64,000 nucleotides of DNA from Minisyncoccota bacterium (GCA_041648595.1 JBAZOQ010000002.1:10446-74445); one strand, 5' to 3'. Counted from the stretch's first letter, positions 19,079 to 29,344 are shown. The notes: generated by a model not told the origin, from the sequence alone. Numbers and translations are program-made.

Positions 19079-21091
19079 ATGTGCTATATTAAAAGAGTGA
19101 AAAAAGAAATTAAAAAAATAAATAATATAGAACAAGGTGTCATCTCTATATCCTCAAAAGGTACTGGATATGTAAAAACTCCTAATTTCGAAGAAGATCC
19201 AGAAATTAATTTTAAAGATCTAAATACAGCGCTTCATGGTGATACTGTTGAAATTACATTAAATGGAAAAGGAAATGGACGCCTTACAGCAAAAGTATCA
19301 AAAATAATATCTCGTGTGAAAATAGGTTTTTCTGGGGTTCTAGAAAAAGATCTTTCGACTTCACTCAAGACAGGAAATAATAATTATTTTTTAAAACCAG
19401 ATGATACAAAAATGTACACTGATATTTTGATACCAGAAAAAATGTTAAATGGGGCCAAAGTTGGTCAAAAAGTTTATGCAGAAATGACACTATGGAAAGA
19501 TTCACAAAAAGCACCCGAAGGAAAAATAATAAAAGTTCTAGGGCAACCAGGAGAAAATAACGCAGAAATGTATGCTATTGCAATGGAAAAAGGTTTTGAT
19601 AGTGATTTTCCTCAAAAAGTAGAAGAAGAAGCAAAAAAAATATCCGCCAAAGAAGGCGAACTAGCTTCTGGCTGGAAAGAAGAAATTACGAAACGTAAAG
19701 ACTTTAGAAAAACTTTAACATTTACAATTGATCCAGAAGATGCAAAAGATTTTGATGATGCTATTTCTTTTCGAATTCTCCCCCCTCTCCTTGATAAGGA
19801 GAGGGGGCTAGGGGGTGAGGTCTACGAGATAGGTATTCACATAGCAGATGTATCACATTATGTAAAAATAGGAAGTGAACTTGATAAGGAGGCAAAAAAT
19901 AGGGGTACTTCCGTATACTTAGTAGACAGAACTATCCCCATGCTCCCGGAAGCGCTTTCAAATGACTTGTGTTCTTTGGTACCAAATAAAGACAGACTGA
20001 CTATGAGCGCGGTTTTTATCGTCGATAAAAACGCGCAAGTAAAAAAGGAGTGGTATGGACGCACAATAATACATTCTCAAAAAAGATTTTCATATGAAGA
20101 AGCAGAAGAATCAATAAAAAAAGAAGAAATGCCACTGCATAAAGAACTTTCTATTTTAAACAGTTTAGCAAAAAAACTTACAAAAGAAAGATTTGCAAAT
20201 GGTGCTATATCTCTAGAACAAGAAGAAGTAAAATTTATTTTAGATAAAAATGGAGTACCTATAAAAGTAATAAAAAAAGAAAGAGGTGATTCTAATAAAT
20301 TAATTGAGGAATTCATGTTACTAGCAAATAAAAAAATTGCTGAAACTATTTCAAGGGGTACAAAAAAAGATGGTGGTGTTTTTGTATACCGAATACATGA
20401 CAATCCAAGCAAAGAAAAAATGACAGATTTAGCATTTTTCTTACGAGGATTAGGACATAAAATATCTCTAATAGATGGTGTAATACCAACAAAAGAAATA
20501 AATGCCCTCTTAAAAAATCTAGAAGGTAAAAACGAAGAAAATACGGTAAATCGTGCAGTAATACGTTCTATGGCAAAAGCAATTTATTCTACAAAAAATG
20601 TAGGACACTATGGTCTAGCTTTTGAATATTATGCTCATTTTACATCACCTATTAGACGATATCCAGATATAGTAGTACATAGACTTTTAACAGATTATCT
20701 AAAAAAATCAAAAGTCGGCAAGGAAAAACTAAATATTTATGAAGAAATTTCAAGACATGCATCGGAACGAGAAAAATATGCTTCTGATGCTGAACGAGCA
20801 TCTATAAAATATAAACAAGTTGAGTATATGTCTTCTCGTATATCACAAATATTCAATGGCACAGTAAGTGGAGCAACAGAATGGGGCATATATGTAGAGG
20901 AAATAGAAACAAAATGTGAAGGACTCGTACGTGTAAAAGATATGAGTGATGATTTTTATATTTTTAATGAAAAAAAATTAGAATTAATTGGACAGAAAAA
21001 AAAGAAAAAATACCGTTTAGGTGACAATGTAAAAATAAAAGTAAAAAGTGTTGATTTGGAAAGAAAAACAATAGATTATGTATTAGTATGA
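19079..21091 (+). CDS. rnr: Ribonuclease R / RNase II family exoribonuclease
   Basis: RNB catalytic block DRTIPMLPEALSNDLCSLVP and a C-terminal S1 domain. Carries an in-frame repeat-encoded insertion PPLLDKERGLGGEV. Confidence 0.9.
   Translation: MCYIKRVKKEIKKINNIEQGVISISSKGTGYVKTPNFEEDPEINFKDLNTALHGDTVEITLNGKGNGRLTAKVSKIISRVKIGFSGVLEKDLSTSLKTGNNNYFLKPDDTKMYTDILIPEKMLNGAKVGQKVYAEMTLWKDSQKAPEGKIIKVLGQPGENNAEMYAIAMEKGFDSDFPQKVEEEAKKISAKEGELASGWKEEITKRKDFRKTLTFTIDPEDAKDFDDAISFRILPPLLDKERGLGGEVYEIGIHIADVSHYVKIGSELDKEAKNRGTSVYLVDRTIPMLPEALSNDLCSLVPNKDRLTMSAVFIVDKNAQVKKEWYGRTIIHSQKRFSYEEAEESIKKEEMPLHKELSILNSLAKKLTKERFANGAISLEQEEVKFILDKNGVPIKVIKKERGDSNKLIEEFMLLANKKIAETISRGTKKDGGVFVYRIHDNPSKEKMTDLAFFLRGLGHKISLIDGVIPTKEINALLKNLEGKNEENTVNRAVIRSMAKAIYSTKNVGHYGLAFEYYAHFTSPIRRYPDIVVHRLLTDYLKKSKVGKEKLNIYEEISRHASEREKYASDAERASIKYKQVEYMSSRISQIFNGTVSGATEWGIYVEEIETKCEGLVRVKDMSDDFYIFNEKKLELIGQKKKKKYRLGDNVKIKVKSVDLERKTIDYVLV
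19779..19821. repeat. GC-rich palindromic element (family P1: CCCCTCTCCTT-NNN-AAGGAGAGGGG...GGGGTGAGGT) inserted in-frame inside rnr
   Basis: CCCCCTCTCCTTGATAAGGAGAGGGGGCTAGGGGGTGAGGT. The same core is at 27921, 47488, 47706 and 53817. Confidence 0.8.
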
Positions 21092-22968
21092 AATACACCC
21101 TTAGTCAAAAAATCAAATTAGGATTCTGGACAATTTTTGTAATAACTATAGGTATTTCTTTAGGATCTTTTTTTGTTAAAGATACTAAATATGAAAATAT
21201 GATAGAAACAAAAAATAATACAGCAACAATAGTAGAATCTACTATACGAGAAGAAACAATACCCAAAAATTCTTATTTTATAAAAGATGCTGAATTAAAA
21301 CCAAAAATTTCATCTCTAGCTTATTTAGTTGGCGACCTAGACACAGGAGAAATCATACTTTCAAAAAACCAAGATTCACCATTTCCTCTTGCTTCTGTCT
21401 CAAAACTAATGACTGCTACTGTCGCTACAGATTTAATGAATAGTGAAGATATACTTACAATTTCTAAAAAAACATTAGCCACATATGGAGAAAATGGAAA
21501 TTTTAAAATAAAAGAAAAAATAAAACTTTTAGATATTTTTTATCCATTACTTTTAGAATCAAGCAATGACGCAGGAGAAGCAATAGCTGAATTTTTTGAT
21601 AGAGAAACTTTCATAAAAAAAATGAATCAAATGGCTATGAAATTAGATCTCTCAAAAACTTCTTTTGAAGATCCGACTGGACTATCTTCAGAAAATCAAT
21701 CTACTGTCTCTGATATGTTCAAATTAGCAGGATATATAAATCAAAAAAAACCAGAAATATTTCAAATAACAACAAATAGAAGTTACACTAATAAAAAACA
21801 CACCTGGTTTAGTACTAATCAATTTCTTTCAGAAAATGGTTATATTGGTGGAAAAAGTGGATTCACAAACCCAGCATTACAAACAGTAATTTCTCTTTTT
21901 TCAGTTCCACTAGGAGAATCCGGAACACGCAATATAGCTATTACATTATTACAAAGCAATGACCGATTAAAAGATGTAGAAAATATTTTAAAATACTTAA
22001 ATAAAAATATATATTATGGAGGAGAAGCAGATGCAAATACAGCTTGGGTAAAAGAAAGAACGGACTTACCACTGTTTGATCAAGATTTCGTGACACTTAT
22101 TTTTAGTGGAGATATTATGCTTGATCGTGGAGTTAAAAGTTCTACAAATAAAAATTTCAATGGCGATTATTCTATATTATTTAATAAATTAGGAATTCTA
22201 AAAAGATCTGATATTGCTTTTGCAAATTTAGAAGGTCCAATTTCAAATGTAGGAAAAGATATGAAAAATTTATATTCATTTAGAATGGATCCTTCTGTAA
22301 CCCCTGCCCTTAAAGGTGCAGGTCTATCAATAGTCTCAGTGGCAAATAATCATGTTGGAGATTGGGGCCGTGATGCATATATTGATTCATTAGCACGTCT
22401 AAAAGAAAATGAAATTCTATACACTGGAGGAGGAATAAATGAATCTGAAGCGCTACAGCCAATTATTATTGAAAAGTATGGAATGAAAATAGGATATTTA
22501 GGATTTTCAGATGTAGGACCAAACTGGATGGGGGTAACGACAGATAAAGCAGGATTGCTTCTTGCTAATAATCCACACTTTAGTGAAATAATACAAAATG
22601 CCTCTAAACAAGTTGATTATTTAGTTGTAACATTTCATTTTGGTGAAGAATACAAAACAGAACATAACGCTAGACAAGAATATTTAGCACATAGTGCAAT
22701 AGATGCAGGTGCAAAAATAATAATAGGAACTCATCCACATGTAATACAAGATACAGAAATTTATAAAAATGGTTTTATAGCTTATTCATTAGGTAATTTT
22801 ATTTTTGACCAAGGTTTCTCAGAAAATACAATGGAGGGTATGCTTCTCGAAATAAAATTAAATATGGATGGTGATTTATCTATTAAAAAAAATATTGTCC
22901 AATTAAATAAACTTTTCCAACCAGAGAAAATAATAATAGGAAAAGAAGAAAAAATAAAATTTAAATAA
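21088..22968 (+). CDS. Fusion protein: N-terminal D-alanyl-D-alanine carboxypeptidase (peptidase S11/PBP5-like), C-terminal CapA/PgsA-like metallophosphoesterase
   Basis: SxxK (ASVSKLM), SSND and KSG motifs N-terminally. GDIMLDRG...AFANLEGP CapA motifs C-terminally. A TM anchor is present. Confidence 0.7.
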   Translation: MKYTLSQKIKLGFWTIFVITIGISLGSFFVKDTKYENMIETKNNTATIVESTIREETIPKNSYFIKDAELKPKISSLAYLVGDLDTGEIILSKNQDSPFPLASVSKLMTATVATDLMNSEDILTISKKTLATYGENGNFKIKEKIKLLDIFYPLLLESSNDAGEAIAEFFDRETFIKKMNQMAMKLDLSKTSFEDPTGLSSENQSTVSDMFKLAGYINQKKPEIFQITTNRSYTNKKHTWFSTNQFLSENGYIGGKSGFTNPALQTVISLFSVPLGESGTRNIAITLLQSNDRLKDVENILKYLNKNIYYGGEADANTAWVKERTDLPLFDQDFVTLIFSGDIMLDRGVKSSTNKNFNGDYSILFNKLGILKRSDIAFANLEGPISNVGKDMKNLYSFRMDPSVTPALKGAGLSIVSVANNHVGDWGRDAYIDSLARLKENEILYTGGGINESEALQPIIIEKYGMKIGYLGFSDVGPNWMGVTTDKAGLLLANNPHFSEIIQNASKQVDYLVVTFHFGEEYKTEHNARQEYLAHSAIDAGAKIIIGTHPHVIQDTEIYKNGFIAYSLGNFIFDQGFSENTMEGMLLEIKLNMDGDLSIKKNIVQLNKLFQPEKIIIGKEEKIKFK

Positions 22969-22974
22969 AAAAAA

Positions 22975-23010
22975 TCTGTCGTTGTGAATAAATCAACAAC
23001 AACAGATTTA
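22975..23010. terminator. Bidirectional terminator hairpin between convergent genes
   Basis: AATCTGTCGTTGTGA...TCAACAACAACAGATT imperfect inverted repeat. Confidence 0.45.
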
Positions 23011-23013
23011 ATC

Positions 23014-23280
23014 CTAAGGTAATTCTTTTTTTTCTGTTTTCAAATCAGGTTCATTCATAGAACCATTCAAACCAAGTAAAATAAAAAAACCAATACACCC
23101 TAAGAAAATTCTCCCAAATAAATCCATGCCAATATATTCACCAAAAAATCCTAAAATTAGCATGACCAAAGCAATACCACCAACGGTGGCATTTTCTCTA
23201 AAAAGTTTTTTGGGGTCTATTTTTTCGACTATCATAGGTTCATTTAATATCACCTCTATGTTTTTTTGTTCCTGTTGCAT
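23014..23280 (-). CDS. Small hypothetical membrane protein
   Basis: Two TM helices, 88 aa. Confidence 0.4.
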   Translation of the reverse strand: MQQEQKNIEVILNEPMIVEKIDPKKLFRENATVGGIALVMLILGFFGEYIGMDLFGRIFLGCIGFFILLGLNGSMNEPDLKTEKKELP

Positions 23281-23366
23281 TAAAAAACCCTTTCTATAAA
23301 AATGAAAAGAAAAATTTAGTTTATTCTTTTTCAGAATACATCTTCATTATAAAAAAGTCAACAAAT

Positions 23367-23400
23367 TCCCCCATATACGCCATGGCTGATATGAGGGTAA
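23367..23400. repeat. Hairpin repeat TCCCCCATATACGCCATGG-CTGATATGAGGGTAA (degenerate copy) downstream of the Cas2-like gene
   Basis: Homologous to 23811-23844. Confidence 0.7.
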
Positions 23401-23415
23401 TTTGTTAGAATCTCT

Positions 23416-23793
23416 TTACTTTTTTAGATAAGATTTAGCCAATTTAAATGTTTTAAAATTATCTCCTATTTTTATCTCTTTCAAATAATCTAAAAAATCT
23501 TTTGGTAGTGGAGAAGGCCCAACCCAAACACTTTTTTGAATCATTATATAACCAAATTTTATTAGTTGTCTTCGAAACCAATCTCTTTCTTTTTTCTTAT
23601 CAGATGGAATGTCATACATCACGATCAAATTTTTTGAAGAATCTTTATCAAAAGGTGAAGAAAAAGTAATATAATAAAACTTTCTTTTTCTATTTTTTGT
23701 TTTTGCACGACTTTCTCTACCTCTCGAGAAAATAGGAATACCAAAAGAATTTACTTCTATTCCTTTATAATATAATTTCTTTTTAAAACCCAT
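23416..23793 (-). CDS. Standalone Cas2-like (VapD/Cas2 fold) small protein
   Basis: LIVMYDIPSDKKKERDWFRRQLIKFGYIMIQKSVWVG aligns with the Cas2 YDV...RLRKV...G.RVQ.SVFE blocks. It is a paralogue of the C-terminal half of the 33078..33656 product. No cas1 or CRISPR array nearby. Confidence 0.5.
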   Translation of the reverse strand: MGFKKKLYYKGIEVNSFGIPIFSRGRESRAKTKNRKRKFYYITFSSPFDKDSSKNLIVMYDIPSDKKKERDWFRRQLIKFGYIMIQKSVWVGPSPLPKDFLDYLKEIKIGDNFKTFKLAKSYLKK

Positions 23794-23810
23794 ATATAAA
23801 CTATATCACA

Positions 23811-23844
23811 TTACCCCCATATACGCCATGGTGTATATGGGGGT
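23811..23844. repeat. Hairpin repeat ACCCCCATATA-CGCCATGGTG-TATATGGGGGTAA (perfect 10-bp stem) upstream of the Cas2-like gene
   Basis: Read directly. The loop contains CCATGG. Confidence 0.7.
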
Positions 23845-23882
23845 AAATACAATAAAAAAATAATTACTTATTTCAATAATTT

Positions 23883-26147
23883 TTATTTTGCAATTGCGGT
23901 GGCTTCGTCGAGTTTTACGGAGAGAAGTTTTGAGGCACCATCAGAACCTACTGTGACACCATATAAAATACCAGCTCGAGACATCGTTTCCCTGTTATGG
24001 GTAACAACTATAAGTTGAGAATGATGTGAAAGTTTTTCTAACATATCTCCATATTTACGAGAATTTGCTTCATCGAGCGCTGCATCAGTCTCATCAAGAA
24101 CTAAAAATGGTGGTGGATTCACTTGCGACATAGCAAAAAGAAGAGCAATAGATGTAAGTGATCTCTCTCCACCTGAAAGTGCATTAAGTTCTTTTACTTT
24201 TTTATGAGGAAGCGAAACGTTAATTTCAATACCTTGTTCGAAAACAATTTCTTCTTTATCTCCTGCCTGCGCAGACAAGTCTTCTTCTAATTCTTCTTCT
24301 CCTTTCTTTTTTTTGTTTTCAATAACAATAGATAAATGTCCTTCTCCTCCACCAAACATTAAAGCGAAAAAATTATTAAATTCAATATTTATTTTTTTAA
24401 TACCTTCTTTAAATTCTACATCAATTTTCTGTTTCAGGTCTGCCATAAGATTGTGGAGCGCTTCTATGCTTACAGCTAAATCTTCCATTTCTTTTGCTAA
24501 AAAATTGTCCCTTTGAAAAACTTCTTCAAATTCTTTTATTACTTCTGCTCCACCACCCAAACCAGCATCTTCTAATTTTATTTTAATGCGTTCAATTTTA
24601 CGTTTTAATTCTTCTTGTATATTTCTATCTATAATTTCATCTATTTCAAAATTCTTATAAGATAATATTTCATTACCAATAAGTGCTGAGCCTTCTTTAA
24701 TCTCATTCTCAAAAGCCTCTATTTCTTTAGTTAAATTTCCTTCTTTTATCAAAACAAGCTCTAAAGCAGAAGCCAATTCTTGATGTCTAACTCTAAAATT
24801 AAACCTTTCTTTTTCTTTTAAATGTAAATTCTCATTATCTTGATTAATTTCCTTTTTTAATATTTCTATATTTTCAATAATCTTATTTTCTTCTTCTTTG
24901 ATATTCTGCATTCCAACTAAAATTTCTTGCTGATTTTTTCTTAAAAGTTCTAATTCAGGATTTGAAGTTAAATTTAGATTCTGCAGAGAATCTTCTATAG
25001 AAACTTTTGGTAAAAATTCATTTACAATATCCTTTATGTGTAAAAGAATATTTTTAATATCTGATAAATCTTCTTTATTTATAGCTTCATTGATAGAACT
25101 ATTTATATCATTAAATATTAATTTAACTTTTTCTTCTGAAATTATTACAGTAGTTTCGGGCATTTTTCTCTCTTTTCTTTTCTCTTCCATTTCTACCATC
25201 CCTTCAATCCTTCCTAATTTACGTTCTACTTCACTCTTAATTCCTCGGATCTCATATGTCTTTTTTTCCAATATTTTTAATTCTTTTTCTTTTTCACTTT
25301 CTTCTTTTATACCAATTTCTTCAACAGAAGAAATTTTTTTTTTCGTATTTTCTAATTCCAAAGAAATTTTTTCTTTTTCCTTTAAAAAAGAAGCTTGTTC
25401 TTTATCTAAATAAGCACTCTCTTTTTTAAGATATTCTTTATAGAGAGACAACAGTGTCACTTGTAATTCTTTTGCTTTTTCAAATTTATCTACTTGTTTT
25501 TTAAGAAAATTTAAATGAGGTGCATTTTCTCTACGTAAAAGTGAAACTTCTTTCATGTTGTTGGCAGTTCTTTCAAGCTTACGTTGTGATTCTTTTATTT
25601 TATATTGATAAATTTTAAGTCCAAGTGCATCTTCTATCATTTCTCTTCTGTCTTTAGATGTGGCATTTAAAATTCTATCTGCTTCACCTTGTGAAATAAT
25701 ATGATGTCCAGATGAACCAATATTTACAGAAGACAAAAGATTATTAATATCTTTTAATCTTACTTCAGAACCATTTAGAATGTATTTATTTAGTCCATCA
25801 GAATAAACTTCACGCGAAATCGAAATAACATCATAATTTAAATTAATATTTTCGCCAGTTTCATTAGAAAGTTTAAAAATCTTATCAGAATTATCAAAAT
25901 ATATTGTAGCAGTAGCACGTGAACTCTTTGGTAAACTTTTAGATCCTTTAAAAATAAGATCAGACCCAGAAGATCCTCTCATTGATTTTATTGATTGTTC
26001 CCCTAATACAAAACGAATTGCTTCTACTACATTTGATTTACCAGATCCATTTGGACCTACAATAGAAACAATAGAATTCTGAAACTCTAAAACTGTTTTT
26101 TTAGAAAAAGATTTAAACCCATTTATCTCAAGATTCTTAAGTCGCAT
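23883..26147 (-). CDS. smc: SMC-family chromosome segregation ATPase, short form (754 aa)
   Basis: N-terminal Walker A GPNGSGKSN. C-terminal LSGGERSLTSIALLFAM signature with a Walker B/D-loop. Long coiled coils. Confidence 0.85.
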   Translation of the reverse strand: MRLKNLEINGFKSFSKKTVLEFQNSIVSIVGPNGSGKSNVVEAIRFVLGEQSIKSMRGSSGSDLIFKGSKSLPKSSRATATIYFDNSDKIFKLSNETGENINLNYDVISISREVYSDGLNKYILNGSEVRLKDINNLLSSVNIGSSGHHIISQGEADRILNATSKDRREMIEDALGLKIYQYKIKESQRKLERTANNMKEVSLLRRENAPHLNFLKKQVDKFEKAKELQVTLLSLYKEYLKKESAYLDKEQASFLKEKEKISLELENTKKKISSVEEIGIKEESEKEKELKILEKKTYEIRGIKSEVERKLGRIEGMVEMEEKRKERKMPETTVIISEEKVKLIFNDINSSINEAINKEDLSDIKNILLHIKDIVNEFLPKVSIEDSLQNLNLTSNPELELLRKNQQEILVGMQNIKEEENKIIENIEILKKEINQDNENLHLKEKERFNFRVRHQELASALELVLIKEGNLTKEIEAFENEIKEGSALIGNEILSYKNFEIDEIIDRNIQEELKRKIERIKIKLEDAGLGGGAEVIKEFEEVFQRDNFLAKEMEDLAVSIEALHNLMADLKQKIDVEFKEGIKKINIEFNNFFALMFGGGEGHLSIVIENKKKKGEEELEEDLSAQAGDKEEIVFEQGIEINVSLPHKKVKELNALSGGERSLTSIALLFAMSQVNPPPFLVLDETDAALDEANSRKYGDMLEKLSHHSQLIVVTHNRETMSRAGILYGVTVGSDGASKLLSVKLDEATAIAK

Positions 26148-26223
26148 ATTTATCCGCCTAAATTTTTAGAATTATAATATTTTTAATCATTTTACTTTAT
26201 TTTTGTGAAAAATTTTGGCGGAT

Positions 26224-26919
26224 TTATTCCATCCAATTTTTTATTTTTAATGCATTAAGGGCTGCAGTCTGTTCTGCCTCTTGTTTTGATTTTCCTTTAC
26301 CTTCAGCAATTAAATCAGGACCAAATAAAATACCAACTGTAAAATGTTTATCATGATCAGGCCCTGATTCATGTAAAACTTTATAAAAAGGAGTAAATCC
26401 AACAAATTCTTGTGCTTTCTCTTGTACTAAACTTTTTGCATCACGCCAAAGTTTTTTAGAAACAATTTCCTCTGTATGAGGTAATAAAGTTGTAATTAAA
26501 AATTTATTTACAACATCATAACCTTGATCTAAATAAACTGCCCCTACGTATGCTTCAAAAGTATTGGCTAGTATATATTGTCTTGCTTTCCCATTATCTT
26601 TAGCTTCACCTTTAGATAAAAGCAAAAAATCATTCATTCCGATCTCCAAAGCAACTTCAGAAATTATAATAGCATTTACAAGAGCTGAACGGATTGCTGT
26701 CAATTCTCCTTCTGTAAAATTTGGATATTTTTTATATATAAAATCAGTAACAACAAGCTCTAACACAGCATCACCTAAAAATTCCAAACGTTCATTATGA
26801 GAAAGAGATAATCCTCCATTTTCATTTATGTAAGAACGGTGAATAAAAGCTTGCTTAAGCAAATTTTTATCTTTAAAACAAATCTTTGTATTTTTCTCAA
26901 AATTTGAAAATTCTATCAT
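26224..26919 (-). CDS. rnc: Ribonuclease III
   Basis: ERLEFLGDAVLELVV catalytic signature. dsRBD at the C-terminus. Confidence 0.92.
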   Translation of the reverse strand: MIEFSNFEKNTKICFKDKNLLKQAFIHRSYINENGGLSLSHNERLEFLGDAVLELVVTDFIYKKYPNFTEGELTAIRSALVNAIIISEVALEIGMNDFLLLSKGEAKDNGKARQYILANTFEAYVGAVYLDQGYDVVNKFLITTLLPHTEEIVSKKLWRDAKSLVQEKAQEFVGFTPFYKVLHESGPDHDKHFTVGILFGPDLIAEGKGKSKQEAEQTAALNALKIKNWME

Positions 26920-26943
26920 CTTTTACTTTTTATTTTATAAACT

Positions 26944-27905
26944 TTATAACTTTTTACTACTCAATATTTCAATCGCGCGAGTTATAAGTGGAATAATATC
27001 ATTATAAATACGAAGTTCTGGAATTTCAGAGAGTTTAAACCAACGAGCATTATCTAATCCACCAGAATCTTCAAGTTTTAATTCACAATATTTACTTTCT
27101 GCTAAAAAATACGTAACTTTTTTTAATGTCTTCCCTTTTTCTGGATGAGAAGCTACATATTCATTTTCACCAAGTTTTTCTTTTATAATAATATCAAGTC
27201 CAATTTCTTCCTTTATTTTTCTTATTGTGCCATCTTCTACGCTTTCATTCTCAATTTCTGGATTATCTCCTACTTTACCTTTTGACAAAGTCCAATAACC
27301 AAAAACATCATGCACTAATGCAAATAAAGTATCTTTATTCCCGCCAGAGGAACGGGCAGGCTTTTGAGCATAAATCAATGCTCCACCCAACTTTTCAACT
27401 GGTAATTTTGTAATATCTACTGGCTCATCGTTTTTTTTCTTTTTACTTATTTGTTCTTTTCCAGGTTCACCAATCTCTTTATAAACTGCACCAAGAACAC
27501 CATTAACAAATTTACTAGAATTTTCTCCACCAAAAGTTTTCGCTAATTCTATAGCTTCATTTATGGCAACCTTAGGAGGTACTTGATTCCTATCACCAAA
27601 AAGAAGTTCAGTCAACCCAATTCTTAAAATATTTCTATCAACAATAGATATCTTATCAAGTGGCCAATCCGGTGCAGCTTTTTTTATTATCTCATCAACT
27701 ACTGTAACTTTTCTTAAAATTTCTTCTACTAATGTAGCCACAAAAACATCATCCTCAAGGCCAGGAGCAAATTCTTTTAAATTTCTGTTTAAAGCTTCTT
27801 TTGTTTTTTCGTCAGTCCAAACATTATTCTGTCCTCCAGTAGTCATAAAATCCCACTCAAAAAGCGTTTGGAGAACTATTGATCTTGAAAGGTGCCTATT
27901 TGCCA
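26944..27905 (-). CDS. nusB: NusB-like antitermination domain fused to a C-terminal Nudix-hydrolase-like domain
   Basis: N-terminal ~150 aa are NusB-like. The C-terminus has [15 protein letters not shown]...RKIKEEIGL, resembling the Nudix box. The start is taken at the ATG of MANRHL. Confidence 0.6.
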
Positions 27906-27920
27906 TAAAAATTACCAATT

Positions 27921-27979
27921 CACCTCACCCCCGACCCCTCTCCTTAATAAGGAGAGGGGTGCCAAAGGCGGGGTGAGGT
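27921..27979. repeat. GC-rich nested palindromic element (family P1, full-length form CACCTCACCCCCGACCCCTCTCCTTAATAAGGAGAGGGGTGCCAAAGGCGGGGTGAGGT)
   Basis: Outer ACCTCACCCCGCC/GGCGGGGTGAGGT and inner CCCCTCTCCTT/AAGGAGAGGGG inverted repeats. Near-identical copy at 53817. Confidence 0.85.
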
Positions 27980-28207
27980 TTACTTTGATTCTGCTTTCTT
28001 TGCTTTTTCTTTCTTCTGCTTCTTTTCCATTTTTTTAACTAAATCCAACACCTTCATCCCGCGATAGAAACCGCAAGATGAGCAAACTGTATGCTGTTTT
28101 TTAAGAGTTTTACAATTTTCACATTTAGTAAAACCCGTACTCACCAATGCATGATGTGAACGTCTGTTTGCTGTATGTGATTTTGTATGTCTCATTCGTA
28201 CTACCAT
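27980..28207 (-). CDS. rpmF: 50S ribosomal protein L32
   Basis: Small basic protein with a CxxC...CxxC zinc ribbon and an RRSH N-terminal block. Confidence 0.8.
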   Translation of the reverse strand: MVVRMRHTKSHTANRRSHHALVSTGFTKCENCKTLKKQHTVCSSCGFYRGMKVLDLVKKMEKKQKKEKAKKAESK

Positions 28208-28288
28208 AATGTATTCTATACTAGCATATTAAAGATGAAAAGCAAAATTATACATTTAAGTAAACAAACTATTACACTGAAATACAAC

Positions 28289-28324
28289 TGTCTACTATCT
28301 TTTCATATGTAAAGATAGTAGACA
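28289..28324. repeat. Palindrome TGTCTACTATCTTT-TCATATGT-AAAGATAGTAGACA overlapping the RT stop codon
   Basis: 14-bp perfect stem. Related copy at 61944-61979. Confidence 0.7.
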
Positions 28325-29341
28325 CTAATACAATAGTGTTTAAGAACACCCATATAAGAAGCCATAATTTGTTGAAATTTATCTTTATTTATTTTCCCAA
28401 TAGCTAATTCTTTTCGTGCTTTTTTAAGTTTTTTAAAAATTCTTTTCTTGGTTCTCGTTCTTAATACAATTATGTTAGGTAAAATAACATAACCCACAAA
28501 ATCTATTCCTCGACTTAATTTTCTTATATAAACTTTATCTGGATGTAATTCAAGTTTTAAGTTTTGTTTTAAAAAAATTTCTATTTCTTTTTTGTATAAT
28601 GTAAGCAAATTTTCACTTTCAAAAATTAAGACAAAATCATCAGCATATCTAAAATAATGTTTAATTTTAAGTTTATGTTTTATAAATTGATCCAATTCAT
28701 TTAAATAAATATTTGCAAAAAGTTGGCTAGTTACATTACCCAAAGGAAGTCCAACATTTGGAAACTTCTCAAAACTTTTTAAAATTTTATTAATTAACCA
28801 TAATGTATCTTCGTCTGAAATCTTTTTTTTAATAAGCTCAAATAATATAATATGGTCTATATTTTCAAAAAATTTTCTAATATCACACTTTAAAACAAAA
28901 ACTGGCTGTTTCCAATTTTTACTTTCTTTACGTAAAGCTACAAAAAGTTTTTTTGATGCTTTGTGTGTCCCTTTTTTAAGTCGTGAAGAATATGAATGAA
29001 ATATAAAATGTTTATCAAAAATTTGATATAAAACTCTAAAAACTGCTTGATTTAACACTCTATCTCTAACCACCGCTTTATGTATATGTCTGCGTTTTGG
29101 ATCATACACAAAAAATGCTTGATACTTTGTAGGTTTATAAATTTTACTTATTAGTTCCTTATGTAAAGAAAATAAATTATTTTCTAAATTAAACTCAAAA
29201 TCTGCAACATCTATTTTTTTAGTTTTGCACTTTTTAAATTCCTTCCAAGCTTGAAGTAAATTTGATAAACTTACTACATTATGGAAAAAACTTTGAACAG
29301 CCCCCCCCCCCGACGCAATTTTTGATGTCCTTGTCGTTCAT
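28303..29341 (-). CDS. Diversity-generating retroelement reverse transcriptase (Brt-like); reading frame interrupted at a C11 homopolymer (29301-29311)
   Basis: LPLGNVTSQLFANIYL matches the DGR-RT hallmark (I/L)GxxxSQ motif 4. FRYADDFVLIF is the YADD active site. FFVYDPKRRHIHKAVVRDRVLNQAV and SYSSRLKKGTHKA align block by block with Bordetella Brt. The frame is open upstream of the annotated GTG back to 29337, but the ATG (MNDKDIKNCVGGG) is in another frame. Fusion needs C10 rather than C11. Confidence 0.85.
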
Positions 29342-29344
29342 AAG

